NCBI GenBank assembly: GCA_038742305.1
Contig: JAVYKI010000003.1
Location: 181 to 64,180, forward strand
DNA length: 64,000 nt
Source: Candidatus Aenigmatarchaeota archaeon
Lineage (GTDB): Archaea; Aenigmatarchaeota; Aenigmatarchaeia; CG10238-14; SpSt-28
Direction of reading: 5' to 3'
Shown piece by piece: positions 37,515 to 48,011 of this stretch. Both the position numbers and the translations under genes were made by a program. The first letter of the stretch is position 1. Each line of letters opens with the position of its first letter. Below the pieces are notes generated by a model that was given only the letters and a program-made list of their open reading frames with translations, had not been told where the DNA came from and searched no databases.

Positions 37515-38416
37515 ACTACTAAATTTATTCTTGCCCCACAATATTTGCATCTATTATTTTCAACATCTATTTTTCCGTTTATCCTATCAATTACTACATT
37601 TCCGCAATTATAGCATTTAGTATTTATTTCCATCAAATCTAAAGAATAAACAAACCTTAATCCGCTCTTTTCGGCCAATTCTTTAAAGTTTTGTATTTCA
37701 AAAATTTCAAGGTTCTTAGTTATTATGTGCATTGGAATAGAAGAGGAAAGAGAAACTAAAAATTCTGAAAAAGATTTTATATCATTATTTCTATCTATAA
37801 AATTCAAAACTTCCACATGCCTCATTTGCCTATAAAGATAAGTAATTGTTTTGTAAATTTCTTCAAAATTTTTTACTCCAAGCTTTGAATAAAAATTTTT
37901 ATCTAAAGAATTATAAACAACAATTCTTGCAACTTCAAAATACTTAGAAATAAACTTTACTAAATTTGAAGAAAAATAAGCATTTGTAGTAAAAACGTTT
38001 TTAAATCCTGCTCTATTAAGCAATTTCCCTAATCTATAAACAGTTTCTATACTCATTAAGCTTTCTTCAAAAGAGAAAACAATGGCTTTAATTTCATTAC
38101 TTATAGAATTTACAAATTCTTCCGAATTAATTTTTTTCAAATCTTTCTCGTTTACACTAAAAAATTCTGTATTCAAATTATTTCCTAAAGTATATACTTC
38201 CAAAACTTTTGAAAAGGGATAGAAATGATAAAGATAAGTATCTTCAATGCTCTTTTCTTCATAGCTAATTTTCATAAAGTTTTTAACAATTAAGTTTCCG
38301 TTTTCAACGATTCTAACCTTGCAAATTCCTTTTTGCCCTTCTTTTAATAAGCATTTATGTAAGCATAACTTACATTTTATTTTTGAATCGAGCTTATCCC
38401 ATAATATTCCTATCAT
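37511..38416 (-). CDS. radical-SAM-related (PflA/AmrS-like) protein apparently lacking the canonical CxxxCxxC 4Fe-4S motif; C-terminal zinc ribbon
   Basis: N-terminal CKLCLHKCLLKEGQKGICKVR matches the CxxCPHxC...GxCxVR motif of AmmeMemoRadiSam/PflA-like activases. The expected downstream CNLGCKFC position reads GNNLNTEFF. C-terminal CYNCG...CKYCG ribbon. Start may instead be 38458. Confidence 0.45.
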   Translation of the reverse strand: MIGILWDKLDSKIKCKLCLHKCLLKEGQKGICKVRIVENGNLIVKNFMKISYEEKSIEDTYLYHFYPFSKVLEVYTLGNNLNTEFFSVNEKDLKKINSEEFVNSISNEIKAIVFSFEESLMSIETVYRLGKLLNRAGFKNVFTTNAYFSSNLVKFISKYFEVARIVVYNSLDKNFYSKLGVKNFEEIYKTITYLYRQMRHVEVLNFIDRNNDIKSFSEFLVSLSSSIPMHIITKNLEIFEIQNFKELAEKSGLRFVYSLDLMEINTKCYNCGNVVIDRINGKIDVENNRCKYCGARINLVV

Positions 38417-38438
38417 AAAAATAATTACTTTTTGATGT

Positions 38439-39143
38439 TTAACTGATTTTCCTAGCAAATATTAAAAAACCAGTATGCATTAATCCTTTTGTTTTTGGTC
38501 TTAAACCCTTTTCAGTTTCCCACTCTCTTACAATGTTTTCTACAATTCTTATTTCAGTAAAATTATATTTTTTAATTTCTTCAACATTTTTTTCTAATCC
38601 TATTACGTTTGGAGTATAAACTACTAACCAAGCACCTTTTTTAAGAGCTTTATAAACTTTTTCAATATATTTTTCACTATTTTTTAAATCTAAAACTGCT
38701 AAGTCATAATCTTTTCCTTCAAAATTTTCAAAATTTTCAAATTTTAATTCTATAAATTCTTGAAGTCCAACTTTTTCAATATTTTCTTTTGCAATTTTAT
38801 AAAACCTTTCATCGTTTTCATAAGTATAAATTTTGCAAGGCTTTAAATACCAGCAAAGAAAAATTGTTAAAAAAGCATTTCCAGTTCCAGCTTCTAATAT
38901 TTTTGCTCCTTGTTTTATTCCAGTAAAAGCTAAAATCATTGCAGCATCTTTAGGTAAAATTACTTGAGGTCCTCTTTTTAATTTTTTCATTATATCAAGT
39001 AAATTTGGTTCTACAACGCTAAATTCTATTCCTAGATGAGAGAAAGCTTTATTATCTTCAATTTTTATAATTCCATCTTTTGTATGTATTTCCTTTTCAT
39101 TTTCAATTATATATTTTGATTTTTTTGAAAGTAAAACTTTCAT
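38439..39143 (-). CDS. trmI: tRNA (adenine57/58-N1)-methyltransferase TrmI (Gcd14 family)
   Basis: RGPQVILPKDAAMI, ILEAGTGNAFLTIFL and C-terminal HTGFLIFARK match the TrmI pattern. Confidence 0.8.
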   Translation of the reverse strand: MKVLLSKKSKYIIENEKEIHTKDGIIKIEDNKAFSHLGIEFSVVEPNLLDIMKKLKRGPQVILPKDAAMILAFTGIKQGAKILEAGTGNAFLTIFLCWYLKPCKIYTYENDERFYKIAKENIEKVGLQEFIELKFENFENFEGKDYDLAVLDLKNSEKYIEKVYKALKKGAWLVVYTPNVIGLEKNVEEIKKYNFTEIRIVENIVREWETEKGLRPKTKGLMHTGFLIFARKIS

Positions 39144-39349
39144 TTCAAAATTATTAAAGTTACGAACAAAACAGCAATAACTATTAGCAATCCAATTATT
39201 ACAGCTTTTTCCGTTCCAATAACTATAGGAAAAGGCCCTATTATTGCTATAAAAGAACTTTCTTTAACTTTTGCTTTAGAAAAAACTGAAATAAGTATTA
39301 AAAAAATTCCTATAAAAATTAATAGCAAACCAATTAATGTTATATCCAT
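39140..39349 (-). CDS. small two-helix membrane protein (hypothetical)
   Basis: 69 aa, two hydrophobic helices; 4-nt overlap with trmI. Confidence 0.35.
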   Translation of the reverse strand: MDITLIGLLLIFIGIFLILISVFSKAKVKESSFIAIIGPFPIVIGTEKAVIIGLLIVIAVLFVTLIILK

Positions 39350-39366
39350 AATTAAGAAGTATATTT

Positions 39367-40338
39367 ATGGCTTACATTTTGCTTAATGCATTTGGCTTTT
39401 TTGCAATAGAAGGAAATAAAATAATAAAGTACAAGCTTTTTTCTAATGCAGAAGAAGCCGCAAGAATTGTAATAGAATGTAAAGAAAGCCAAGAATTAAC
39501 TGAAGAAGAAAAAGAGTTTATTAAAGATTTGGAAAATATTATATTTACTTATCCAAAAAAAGGCTTTAAATACGAAGAAAAGGATTTTAGCGAATTAATA
39601 AACGAATTTGTAAAAGATAAGTTTGATATGAAATATTTGTTGGAATTTTCTGAAAATTACAACATCTTAAAAAGTAGAAAAGAAAAAGATAGAATAGTTA
39701 TAGGCTTAATAACCTTAATTGAAGATAATGAAAAAATAATAAATTTGATGATAGAGAGGTTGAGAAACTTTTATTCTATTTACTATCCGGAATTTGTATT
39801 AAAAGAGCAAAATCATTTGAATTTTTTGAAAAAAGTTTATGAGAATCCTATTAGAACAGAAAAAAGCATGGGAATAAATTTTGAAGAAAAAGAAATTGAA
39901 TTTGTTAAAAGTTATTCAAAACAAATATTAGATTTAATAGAATTTAATCAAAACCTAGAAAAAAGATTAGAGGAATTAGTAAAAGAAATTGCTCCAAACC
40001 TTTATGAATTAGCTGGGTATAAATTAGCTGCAAAACTAATAAAAGGTGCTGGTAGCTTAGAAAAACTTGCAAAAATGGCATCTTCTTCTATTCAATTGTT
40101 AGGAGCTGAAAAAGCTTTATTCAGATATTTAAGAGGTAAAGGTAAACCTCCTAAGCACGGCTATATTTTCTTGCATCCTTTAGTTAATCAAGCACCTAAA
40201 AAGCTTAGAGGAAAAATTTCAAGAGCTTTAGCTTCTCAGCTTTCAAAAGCTGCTAAAATAGATTATTTTAGTAGAAGAATTGAACCAAGCTTAAAAACTC
40301 AATTAGAAGAAAGAATAAAAGAAATTTATTCAGAATGA
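39367..40338 (+). CDS. nop5: box C/D snoRNP protein Nop5 (Nop56/58)
   Basis: C-terminal NOP domain LAGYKLAAKLIKGAGSLEKLAKMASSSIQLLGAEKALFRYLRGKGKPPKHGYIFLHPLV. Directly upstream of fibrillarin. Confidence 0.85.
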   Translation: MAYILLNAFGFFAIEGNKIIKYKLFSNAEEAARIVIECKESQELTEEEKEFIKDLENIIFTYPKKGFKYEEKDFSELINEFVKDKFDMKYLLEFSENYNILKSRKEKDRIVIGLITLIEDNEKIINLMIERLRNFYSIYYPEFVLKEQNHLNFLKKVYENPIRTEKSMGINFEEKEIEFVKSYSKQILDLIEFNQNLEKRLEELVKEIAPNLYELAGYKLAAKLIKGAGSLEKLAKMASSSIQLLGAEKALFRYLRGKGKPPKHGYIFLHPLVNQAPKKLRGKISRALASQLSKAAKIDYFSRRIEPSLKTQLEERIKEIYSE

Positions 40339-40997
40339 AAATAAAAGAAATTTTTGAAAACGTTTTTAAAATAGAAGGAAATTTATATACTAAAAATTTA
40401 GTTCCTGGAGTTTCTGTTTATGGAGAAAAGCTTTTGAAAATAAATGATGCTGAATATAGGTTTTGGGACCATCTTAGGTCTAAACCAGCTGCTGCAATAA
40501 AGAATGGATTAAAGAATTTTCCTTTAAAGAAAAACATGAGCATTTTATACCTTGGAGCAGCAAGCGGAACAACAGTTTCTCATTTTAGCGATATAATAGA
40601 AAAAGGAATTATTTATGCAATAGAAATAAGCGATGTTCCATTAGTTAAATTGAGAGAAGTTGCAAAGCAAAGAGGAAACATTTTACCAATTTTGGCTGAT
40701 GCAAGAAAGCCTCAAACTTATTCGCACTTTATAATTTCTAAAGTAGATTTAGTTTATTGCGATGTTGCTCAGCCAGACGAGCCAAGAATATTTGTAGACA
40801 ACTTGGAAAAATTTGGAAAAGAAAATTCATACGGAATCATTGCTATAAAATCTAGAAGTATAGATGTTGTAAAGAAGCCAAAAGAAGTTTATAGGGAAGT
40901 AGAAAGTTATTTAAAAGAGAAAGGACTAAAAATTGTTGAAAGAGTAGAATTAGACCCATATCAAAAAGACCATGCACTAATTGTTGTTAAGAAATGA
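40335..40997 (+). CDS. flpA: fibrillarin (rRNA/tRNA 2'-O-methyltransferase)
   Basis: [34 protein letters not shown] and AIEIS match fibrillarin motifs. Confidence 0.9.
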   Translation: MKIKEIFENVFKIEGNLYTKNLVPGVSVYGEKLLKINDAEYRFWDHLRSKPAAAIKNGLKNFPLKKNMSILYLGAASGTTVSHFSDIIEKGIIYAIEISDVPLVKLREVAKQRGNILPILADARKPQTYSHFIISKVDLVYCDVAQPDEPRIFVDNLEKFGKENSYGIIAIKSRSIDVVKKPKEVYREVESYLKEKGLKIVERVELDPYQKDHALIVVKK

Positions 40998-41665
40998 TTA
41001 TAAAAACTGAAAATGTTTGGAAAATTTATAAAATGGATTCAATAGAAGTTGCTGCAATTAGAGGAATATCTTTAAAAATTAAAGAAGGAGAGTTCGTTTC
41101 TATAATGGGACCTTCTGGTTCAGGAAAATCTACTTTGCTTCATTTAATTGGTTGTTTAGACAAACCTACTAAAGGAAAAATCTATATAGAAGGAAAAGAG
41201 ATTTCTAAAATGAGTGAAAATGAATTAGCAAATTTGAGAATGGAAAAAATAGGTTTTGTTTTTCAGTTTTTTAATTTATATCCAACATTAACTGCATTAG
41301 AAAATGTAGAGTTGCCAATGATTATTTCTAAAAAAGATAAAAAAGAAAGAAGAGAAAGAGCAAAAAAGCTTTTAGAATTAGTTGGTTTAAAAGGTTTTGA
41401 AAATCGTTTGCCATCTCAATTATCTGGAGGTCAAAAGCAAAGAGTAGCAATTGCAAGAGCACTAGCAAATAATCCAAAAATAATTTTGGCAGATGAACCA
41501 ACTGGAAATTTAGATTCTAAAAGTGGTAAGGAAATAATGCAATTGCTTAAAAAATTGCAAAAAATTGGAAAAACTATAGTTGTAGTTACTCATAATCCAG
41601 AATTTAAAAAATATTCTGATAGAGTAATATTTATAAAAGACGGTAAAATATTAAAAGAGTTATGA
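40994..41665 (+). CDS. ABC transporter ATP-binding protein (MacB/LolD-like)
   Basis: Walker [11 protein letters not shown]-loop, signature [15 protein letters not shown], Walker [12 protein letters not shown]. Confidence 0.9.
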   Translation: MIIKTENVWKIYKMDSIEVAAIRGISLKIKEGEFVSIMGPSGSGKSTLLHLIGCLDKPTKGKIYIEGKEISKMSENELANLRMEKIGFVFQFFNLYPTLTALENVELPMIISKKDKKERRERAKKLLELVGLKGFENRLPSQLSGGQKQRVAIARALANNPKIILADEPTGNLDSKSGKEIMQLLKKLQKIGKTIVVVTHNPEFKKYSDRVIFIKDGKILKEL

Positions 41666-42810
41666 AATTAAAAATTTATATTGCAATAATACTATTTCTC
41701 TTTTCTATTTCTTTTTCTCAGCTTCAAGTATTTTCTTTAGTTTATCCTCAAATAATAGTTCCTGGAGCTTCTGGATACATTCAACTATCTTTTAAATCGC
41801 TATTTTCAACTAAAGCAAAACTTTTAAATGTTTTTTCTGACGCTCCTATAAAACTTTTAGGCAATTATACAGATATAGATTTGGGAAATATTTTGCCAAA
41901 CTCAACAATAAACTACTATATAAAATTTAATGTAGACAAGAATGCTAAGCCCGGAAATTATTTAATTTATTTTGTGATTCAAGAATGCAATATAGCTTGT
42001 AATGAATTTGTTGTTTCTTCTTTACTACAAATAAAATCTACTCAAAAAATAGAAATAATATCTATTGAGCCAAATAAAATATATTCTGGAGAAAAAGTTA
42101 ACTTAACTATAAAAATTCAAAATAAAGAAGATTATTCAATAGAAAATGTAGTAGTTACATTAAATTCAACTTTGTTGCTTCCTTTCGGAAAATCTAACAT
42201 CTTTTTTATAAATTCTATAAATTCTAAGAGCATTTACGAATTAAAAGTTCCAATAACAACTTTATCAAATGTTTTTGGAACAGCACCCTTAATAATCAAT
42301 CTTCAATATTTAGATAGCTCTGGAACTATTCAGTATTTAAGTTTTGTTTCTTCAATAGAAATAATTCCAAAAATAGATTTTGATGTTATTTTAACAGAAG
42401 TTTCTTCAAACTCTTTAACTTTGCAAGTAATTAACACAGGCTACTTTCAGGCAAATTCAGTTATATTAAAGATTGAAAATGCAAGTATTTTTCCAAATAG
42501 TTATAGTCTAGGAAACTTATTGCCCGGAGACTATTCTTCAGTAACTATTGAATTACCTAAGAATTTAAACATTTCTACTTTAAAAATAAAAATAGATTTT
42601 ACAGATACATTAGGATATAGAAAAAGCATTGAAAAAGAATTGTTTTTACCAAGCTTTGGAAAAACAATTGAAGAAGAAACAAAAGGAGAAAGCTATCAAA
42701 GCAGAATTAATAATTCATTTTTCTCAATAAGCTATATAGTTTTAGGAATATTAGGAATAATTCTTATAATTTTAATCTTTAGGTCTATTTTGAAAAAAGG
42801 TAAAAAATGA
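41662..42810 (+). CDS. secreted, C-terminally membrane-anchored hypothetical protein encoded between the ABC ATPase and permease
   Basis: Signal peptide [20 protein letters not shown], a long beta-rich domain with N-x-S/T sequons, and a C-terminal TM helix followed by KKGKK. Confidence 0.45.
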   Translation: MKLKIYIAIILFLFSISFSQLQVFSLVYPQIIVPGASGYIQLSFKSLFSTKAKLLNVFSDAPIKLLGNYTDIDLGNILPNSTINYYIKFNVDKNAKPGNYLIYFVIQECNIACNEFVVSSLLQIKSTQKIEIISIEPNKIYSGEKVNLTIKIQNKEDYSIENVVVTLNSTLLLPFGKSNIFFINSINSKSIYELKVPITTLSNVFGTAPLIINLQYLDSSGTIQYLSFVSSIEIIPKIDFDVILTEVSSNSLTLQVINTGYFQANSVILKIENASIFPNSYSLGNLLPGDYSSVTIELPKNLNISTLKIKIDFTDTLGYRKSIEKELFLPSFGKTIEEETKGESYQSRINNSFFSISYIVLGILGIILIILIFRSILKKGKK

Positions 42811-44051
42811 AATTTTCAGATATAATTTTTTTAGCACTTAAAAATCTTTCTCATAGAAGTTTAAGAAGTTGGCTAACTATACTAGGAATAGTTATTGGAA
42901 TAGCAACAGTTATTACTATGTTATCTATAGGCGAAGGATTTAGAAAAAGTGTTACTTCTCAATTACTTTCAGTTTTTGGGCACGATATAATAATGATTTT
43001 TCCAGGAACAGTAAGAGAAGGAGGTTTTGCAAGCTTAATGAGATTAATAGCAAACGTTAGATCAACTCCTATTTTTACAGATAGAGATATAAATGCTCTA
43101 AAAAATATAGAAGAGGTTTTGCTTGCTCAAGGAGAAATTATTACTGGCTCTATAGCAAAATTTAAAGGAGAAACTATACCGATAACTATTAGAGGAGTAG
43201 ATACATCTATTTGGAAATCTTTTGTTAATGTTGAAATAGGGGAAGGAAGAAATTTTTATCCGAATGAAAAAAAGAGTATAATATTAGGATATAGAGCAGC
43301 TACAGAACTTTTTAAAGAAAAAGTAAATGTTGGAGACTATATAACAATAAACGACAAAAAATTTAAAGTTATTGGAATATTAAAATCTTCTGGACTTCAG
43401 ATGGGAATAATAGACAACGTTGTTTTTATGAATATAGAAGATGCTAGAGAAATTGCAAACCTTCAAAAAAATCAGTTTCACTTTATTCAAGTTAAAGTTA
43501 AGGAAACAAAAAATTTAGAAGAAACTTCTAAAAAAATAGAAGCAGCACTTTTAATTGCTAGAAAAGAAAAAGAAGATAAAAAAACATTTACAGTACTTTC
43601 TCCGCAGCAAATAGCAAATGCAATTGTAGAAATAATAAATTCTATAAACTTCTTTTTAAGCACAATAGCAGCAATTTCTTTATTAGTTGGAAGTATAGGG
43701 ATTTCTAATACAATGTTTACAGCAGTTTTAGAAAGAACAAGAGAAATAGGAACTTTAAAAGCTTTAGGAGCGAAGAATTTCGATATTTTAAAACTTTTTA
43801 TTACTGAATCAGTATTGCTAGGATTAATTGGAGGATTAATAGGAATATTTTTAAGCTTTATTTTTGTTGGAATAATAAATTTTTACGGAATTAGGAGCAC
43901 ATTTTCTGAAAATCCTCAAACGGCAATAATAACTTTAGATTTAATATTTTTCGGAATTTTAATTTCAACTTTATTGGGAGCAATTTCTGGCTATTTTCCA
44001 GCTAGAAGAGCAGCTAAATTAGAGCCTGTTGAAGCATTAAGATATGAATAA
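42807..44051 (+). CDS. ABC transporter permease, FtsX/MacB-like
   Basis: N-terminal TM helix, large periplasmic-type domain, and a C-terminal FtsX 3-TM bundle (TAVLERTREIGTLKALGA). Confidence 0.8.
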   Translation: MKFSDIIFLALKNLSHRSLRSWLTILGIVIGIATVITMLSIGEGFRKSVTSQLLSVFGHDIIMIFPGTVREGGFASLMRLIANVRSTPIFTDRDINALKNIEEVLLAQGEIITGSIAKFKGETIPITIRGVDTSIWKSFVNVEIGEGRNFYPNEKKSIILGYRAATELFKEKVNVGDYITINDKKFKVIGILKSSGLQMGIIDNVVFMNIEDAREIANLQKNQFHFIQVKVKETKNLEETSKKIEAALLIARKEKEDKKTFTVLSPQQIANAIVEIINSINFFLSTIAAISLLVGSIGISNTMFTAVLERTREIGTLKALGAKNFDILKLFITESVLLGLIGGLIGIFLSFIFVGIINFYGIRSTFSENPQTAIITLDLIFFGILISTLLGAISGYFPARRAAKLEPVEALRYE

Positions 44052-44052
44052 A

Positions 44053-44799
44053 TTATTCAACAGCTCTTGGAGCTACTACAAATTCTAGTATTAATTTATC
44101 AGTTTCTTTGAAAGTTAATTTTATTGGATAATCTGTTGCCCATTCTATTGTTACAGTTTCAGCAACTTTTGCAACTTTGCTCATTGCAACTAAATAATCT
44201 ACAGGATATCTTGCCCTACTTTCTTCTTCTGCATTTAAATCCAGCAAAATATCTTGCCCCTTTTCAATTTCAATTTCTAGGTTGCTTAGTTCTCCAAAGG
44301 CTGAAAATTTTAAAATATTTCCATCTGTATAAACTTCTATTTCATCTGCTATTTGCTTTGCATCATCTAAAATTTTCTTAAATCCTTCGCTTTGCAATTC
44401 AGCTTTTGCTTTAAAAGTTAAAGTATCAATATTTGGAATTTCTTCTTCGCTTAAAGTTAATACTGGCAAAGCAAATTTTCTTCTTGCAGAATTTTGGAAT
44501 TCTACAATAAACTTATTACCTTCAGTATACATTACTGTTTTATCTCTTTTTGTCCCTCTTTTTAATACAGTAGCTAATTCATCTAAATTTAATCCTACTT
44601 GCTCTTTTTCTACTTCAAACTCTTCAAAGGCTAAAGGCAATATATGCAATCTTATAACGCTTATCATTGCTTTATCTGCTGCTGTAAAATAAAGTCCCTT
44701 ATCCTTTTCAAACTTTAGTACTCCTTCTTCGACTAGCTTTACTATGCTACTAAAAACATCTTTTAAAGTGTTTGTTTCATAAGTACTTACTTTAAACAT
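44053..44799 (-). CDS. pcn: DNA polymerase sliding clamp PCNA
   Basis: MFKVSTYETNTLKDVFSSIVKLVEEGVLKF...ISVIRLHILPLAFEEF...QVGLNLDELATVLK matches PCNA; 248 aa. Confidence 0.85.
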   Translation of the reverse strand: MFKVSTYETNTLKDVFSSIVKLVEEGVLKFEKDKGLYFTAADKAMISVIRLHILPLAFEEFEVEKEQVGLNLDELATVLKRGTKRDKTVMYTEGNKFIVEFQNSARRKFALPVLTLSEEEIPNIDTLTFKAKAELQSEGFKKILDDAKQIADEIEVYTDGNILKFSAFGELSNLEIEIEKGQDILLDLNAEEESRARYPVDYLVAMSKVAKVAETVTIEWATDYPIKLTFKETDKLILEFVVAPRAVE

Positions 44800-44818
44800 A
44801 ATATTAGAAAATTTAAAT

Positions 44819-45100
44819 TTATAAAAGTTTTTCTATTTCTCTTAAATAACTTTTAAAAAATTCTTTATCTTCTAATTTATTAACGAAATCTATTACAAAC
44901 TCATCCTTATTTTTGCTAAAGAAAAATCTTACAAATTCATTTGGTACTAATTTAAAAATTGATAAAAACTTTATTTTTGGATTTTCTTCAAAAATCACTT
45001 CATTATCTATTACATCTAAAACAGTTCCATAGCTCATATATTTGCCATCTTCCAAATTTTCATTTACATCTTCTAGCTTTATATATTTGTATTTATTCAT
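44819..45100 (-). CDS. hypothetical protein between pcna and tfs
   Basis: Start placed at the internal Met (MNKYKYIKL) to limit overlap with tfs. No family recognised. Confidence 0.3.
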   Translation of the reverse strand: MNKYKYIKLEDVNENLEDGKYMSYGTVLDVIDNEVIFEENPKIKFLSIFKLVPNEFVRFFFSKNKDEFVIDFVNKLEDKEFFKSYLREIEKLL

Positions 45101-45419
45101 AACTTCTCCAAGTATAATTACATTTAGTACACTTATAAAAAACTGTTGGTGGCTCATCCGCGCTTCTTGTTTGTTGCATCCACCAGAAAGCCTTATCATT
45201 TCCACATTTGGGACAAATAACATTTGTTACTGGCAAACTTTCTTTTTCTTCTTTAGCAGAAATTACTATTGCTTCCTTTTTTTCTTCTTTTATTCCACTA
45301 GAAACAATTAAACTTTTTTTAGCTTCAGTTTTATAGTTACATTTTCTACAAACTAAATAATTTTTTCCCTTTTCCTTTTTTGGAAATAATAAGTTTCCAC
45401 ATTTTGGGCAGGTTAACAT
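45093..45419 (-). CDS. tfs: transcription factor S (TFS / RpoM-like)
   Basis: N-terminal Zn ribbon CPKCGN...CRKC. C-terminal CPKCGNDKAFWWMQQTRSADEPPTVFYKCTKCNYTWR with the acidic hairpin motif. Confidence 0.85.
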   Translation of the reverse strand: MLTCPKCGNLLFPKKEKGKNYLVCRKCNYKTEAKKSLIVSSGIKEEKKEAIVISAKEEKESLPVTNVICPKCGNDKAFWWMQQTRSADEPPTVFYKCTKCNYTWRSYE

Positions 45420-45454
45420 TTTAAAAATATAGCTTATTTTATATTTAAGCCTTT

Positions 45455-45955
45455 CTATATGCCTAACAAGTAATAAATCAATACTCTAACATATCCTATT
45501 TTTGGAAGAACAAAAACAACTTTACTAATTATTCTTTCTTTTTCAACTTTTTCCTCATTAATGCAGCCAGTTAAAAATCCTAAATTGTTATCGCCTTTAA
45601 TAGCATAGTAAGAATCATATTTGTAAACTATTCTATGAGATATTGGCACATTTCCGCAGCCTCTATAAAGCACTATATCACCAATATTATAGTTATCACT
45701 CTTTATTGCTACTAGAACATCTCCAACTTTAAATCCATACTTAAAAGGCCAAGAATTTATATATTCTCTAGTATAATTATATTTTTTTTCTAAAAAAGAG
45801 TAATGCTTTATTTCGATATCTTCTCTATGCTCCATAGAACTAGAAACAACAGCGGTTAATTCGATTCCTATAATTTCAGGCAAGATAATTTTCATAACAA
45901 GAAATGCTATTAAAAAAGTAATGAAAAATTCTAGAATTTCTTTTCCTAAATCCAT
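45455..45955 (-). CDS. signal peptidase I (archaeal Sec11/S26B type)
   Basis: N-terminal TM anchor, Ser box VVSSSMEH, GDNN box (AIKGDNNLGF); 166 aa. Confidence 0.7.
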   Translation of the reverse strand: MDLGKEILEFFITFLIAFLVMKIILPEIIGIELTAVVSSSMEHREDIEIKHYSFLEKKYNYTREYINSWPFKYGFKVGDVLVAIKSDNYNIGDIVLYRGCGNVPISHRIVYKYDSYYAIKGDNNLGFLTGCINEEKVEKERIISKVVFVLPKIGYVRVLIYYLLGI

Positions 45956-45987
45956 TAAATATTTAAATATTTTAGTTAAATAGATTT

Positions 45988-47262
45988 ATGCCGGCAAAAC
46001 CACACTTAAACTTAGTAATAGTAGGGCATGTAGACCAAGGAAAGTCAACTTTAGCAGGAAGACTATTTTACGAAACAGGAGCTATAAGAGAAGATGAGTT
46101 AAGAAAGTTAAGAGAACTAGCTCAAGAATTTAAAATAGAAGGAGGAGAGTTTGCTTACATTTTGGATAGAGAGATAGAAGAAAGGAAGAGAGGAATGACA
46201 ATTGATATAGCTCATAGACCGTTTGAAACTCAAAAGTATTACTTTACAATAATAGATGCTCCAGGCCATAGAGATTTTGTAAAGAACATGATTACAGGAG
46301 CAAGTCAAGCAGACGCAGCAATATTAGTAGTTTCTGCAAAACCTGGAGAAGGAATTCAAGAACAAACAAAAGAGCATGCATATTTGTTAAGAGTATTAGG
46401 AATAAATCAATTAATAGTAGCTATAACAAAGATGGATACTGTTAATTATGATGAAAAAAGATTTAATGAACTAAAAGAGCAAGTAATAAACTTATTAAAA
46501 CCATTAGGATTTCCTGTAGATAAAATACCAGTAATTCCAGTAGCAGCTCAAGTAGGAGAAAACATAACTAAAAGAAGTGAAAAAATGCCATGGTATAAAG
46601 GACCTTGCTTAGTAGAGGCATTAGACCAATTACAAGTTCCTCCAAGGCCAGTTGACAAGCCACTAAGAATTCCTATTCAAGATGTATTTAGCATTAGCGG
46701 AGTAGGTACTGTTCCAGTAGGTAAAGTTGAAAGCGGAAGATTAAAAGTAGGAGATACAGTAGTTTTCGAACCTCCAGGAGTAAAGGGAGAAGTAAGAAGT
46801 ATTGAAATGCATCATCAACCAATGCAAGAAGCTTTGCCAGGAGATAATATAGGATTTAATGTAAGAGGAGTAGCAAAAACAGATATTAGAAGAGGAGATG
46901 TTGCAGGCCATCCGAATGCTCCTCCAACTGTGGCAAAAGAGTTCATAGCACAAGTAATAATATTAAACCATCCAACATCTATAGCAGCAGGTTATACTCC
47001 AGTATTCCATATTCATACTGCAACAGTTGCTGGAAGAATTGTTGAAATAATAGCAAAAATAGACCCAAAAAGCGGGCAAGTAGTTCAAGAAAAGCCAGAA
47101 TTTATTAAAGTTGGAGATGCAGCAAGAATAAGAGTTCAACCATTAAAGCCAGTAGTAGTAGAAAAGTTTTCAGAATTTCCAGCATTAGGAAGGTTTGCAA
47201 TAAGAGATATGGGAATTACAGTAGGAGCAGGAATTGTTTTAGACGTTGTAAAAGCCAAATAA
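45988..47262 (+). CDS. tuf: translation elongation factor 1-alpha (aEF1A/EF-Tu)
   Basis: GHVDQGKST, DAPGHRDF and NKMD-type motifs; 424 aa. Confidence 0.95.
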   Translation: MPAKPHLNLVIVGHVDQGKSTLAGRLFYETGAIREDELRKLRELAQEFKIEGGEFAYILDREIEERKRGMTIDIAHRPFETQKYYFTIIDAPGHRDFVKNMITGASQADAAILVVSAKPGEGIQEQTKEHAYLLRVLGINQLIVAITKMDTVNYDEKRFNELKEQVINLLKPLGFPVDKIPVIPVAAQVGENITKRSEKMPWYKGPCLVEALDQLQVPPRPVDKPLRIPIQDVFSISGVGTVPVGKVESGRLKVGDTVVFEPPGVKGEVRSIEMHHQPMQEALPGDNIGFNVRGVAKTDIRRGDVAGHPNAPPTVAKEFIAQVIILNHPTSIAAGYTPVFHIHTATVAGRIVEIIAKIDPKSGQVVQEKPEFIKVGDAARIRVQPLKPVVVEKFSEFPALGRFAIRDMGITVGAGIVLDVVKAK

Positions 47263-47318
47263 TTTTTTTCCTGTTTTTTATTTATTTTTAACTCTATATT
47301 TATTAAATTTATATTTTT

Positions 47319-48011
47319 ATGGTTTGGACGAAAAGGTTAGCAGCACCAAAAATATGGCCTATAGAAAGGAAAAAGTTTAAATATGCAGTTACTCCTTTAC
47401 CTGGACCGCATTCAAAAGATTTTTCTATACCTTTAGCTATAATTATAAGAGATATTTTAGGCTATGCGGAAAACTTAAAAGAGGCTAAAAAAATAATTCA
47501 TTCAGGAAAAATTAAAGTTGACGGAAGAGTAGTTAAAGAATATAGATTTCCAGTTGGATTGTTTGACACAATTTCTATTGAAGAAATTAATGAATATTAT
47601 AGAGTTTTACCTCACAAAAAAGGTTTAAAATTAGAAAAAATAGATGAAAATGAAGCAAAATTAAAAATAGTTAGAGTTAAAAAGAAAACTCAAGTTTCAA
47701 AAAACAAATATCAATTAACTTTTCATGATGGAAAAAATGTTTTGGTTGAAGATAATTCAATAAAACCTTATGACTCTCTCTTAATAGAATTACCAAATTT
47801 AAAAATAAAGAAGCATATAAAATTTGAAGAAGGAAAAATAGGTTTAATAGTTAAAGGAGAAAATGCTGGTAGCTATGGAGAAATTAAAAAAATACATAAA
47901 GGGGGTTTTAATAGGGCATGGTTAGTTGAAATAGATGTAGGAAATAAAGTAATAACTGATAGAAAAAATATTTTTGTTGTCGGGGAAAAAGAACCATTAA
48001 TAAAATTATGA
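47319..48011 (+). CDS. rps4e: ribosomal protein S4e
   Basis: KRLAAPKIWPIERKKFKYAVTPLPGPHSKDFSIPLAIIIRDILGYAENLKEAKKII..GKIKVDGRVVKEYRFPVGLFDTISI matches eS4. Confidence 0.85.
   Translation: MVWTKRLAAPKIWPIERKKFKYAVTPLPGPHSKDFSIPLAIIIRDILGYAENLKEAKKIIHSGKIKVDGRVVKEYRFPVGLFDTISIEEINEYYRVLPHKKGLKLEKIDENEAKLKIVRVKKKTQVSKNKYQLTFHDGKNVLVEDNSIKPYDSLLIELPNLKIKKHIKFEEGKIGLIVKGENAGSYGEIKKIHKGGFNRAWLVEIDVGNKVITDRKNIFVVGEKEPLIKL

Noticed and set aside
44124-45311. Plus-strand ORFs 44124-44381 and 45042-45311
   Set aside because: Antisense to pcna and tfs respectively.
46117-46953. Minus-strand ORFs inside tuf (46117-46308, 46741-46953)
   Set aside because: Antisense to EF1A.
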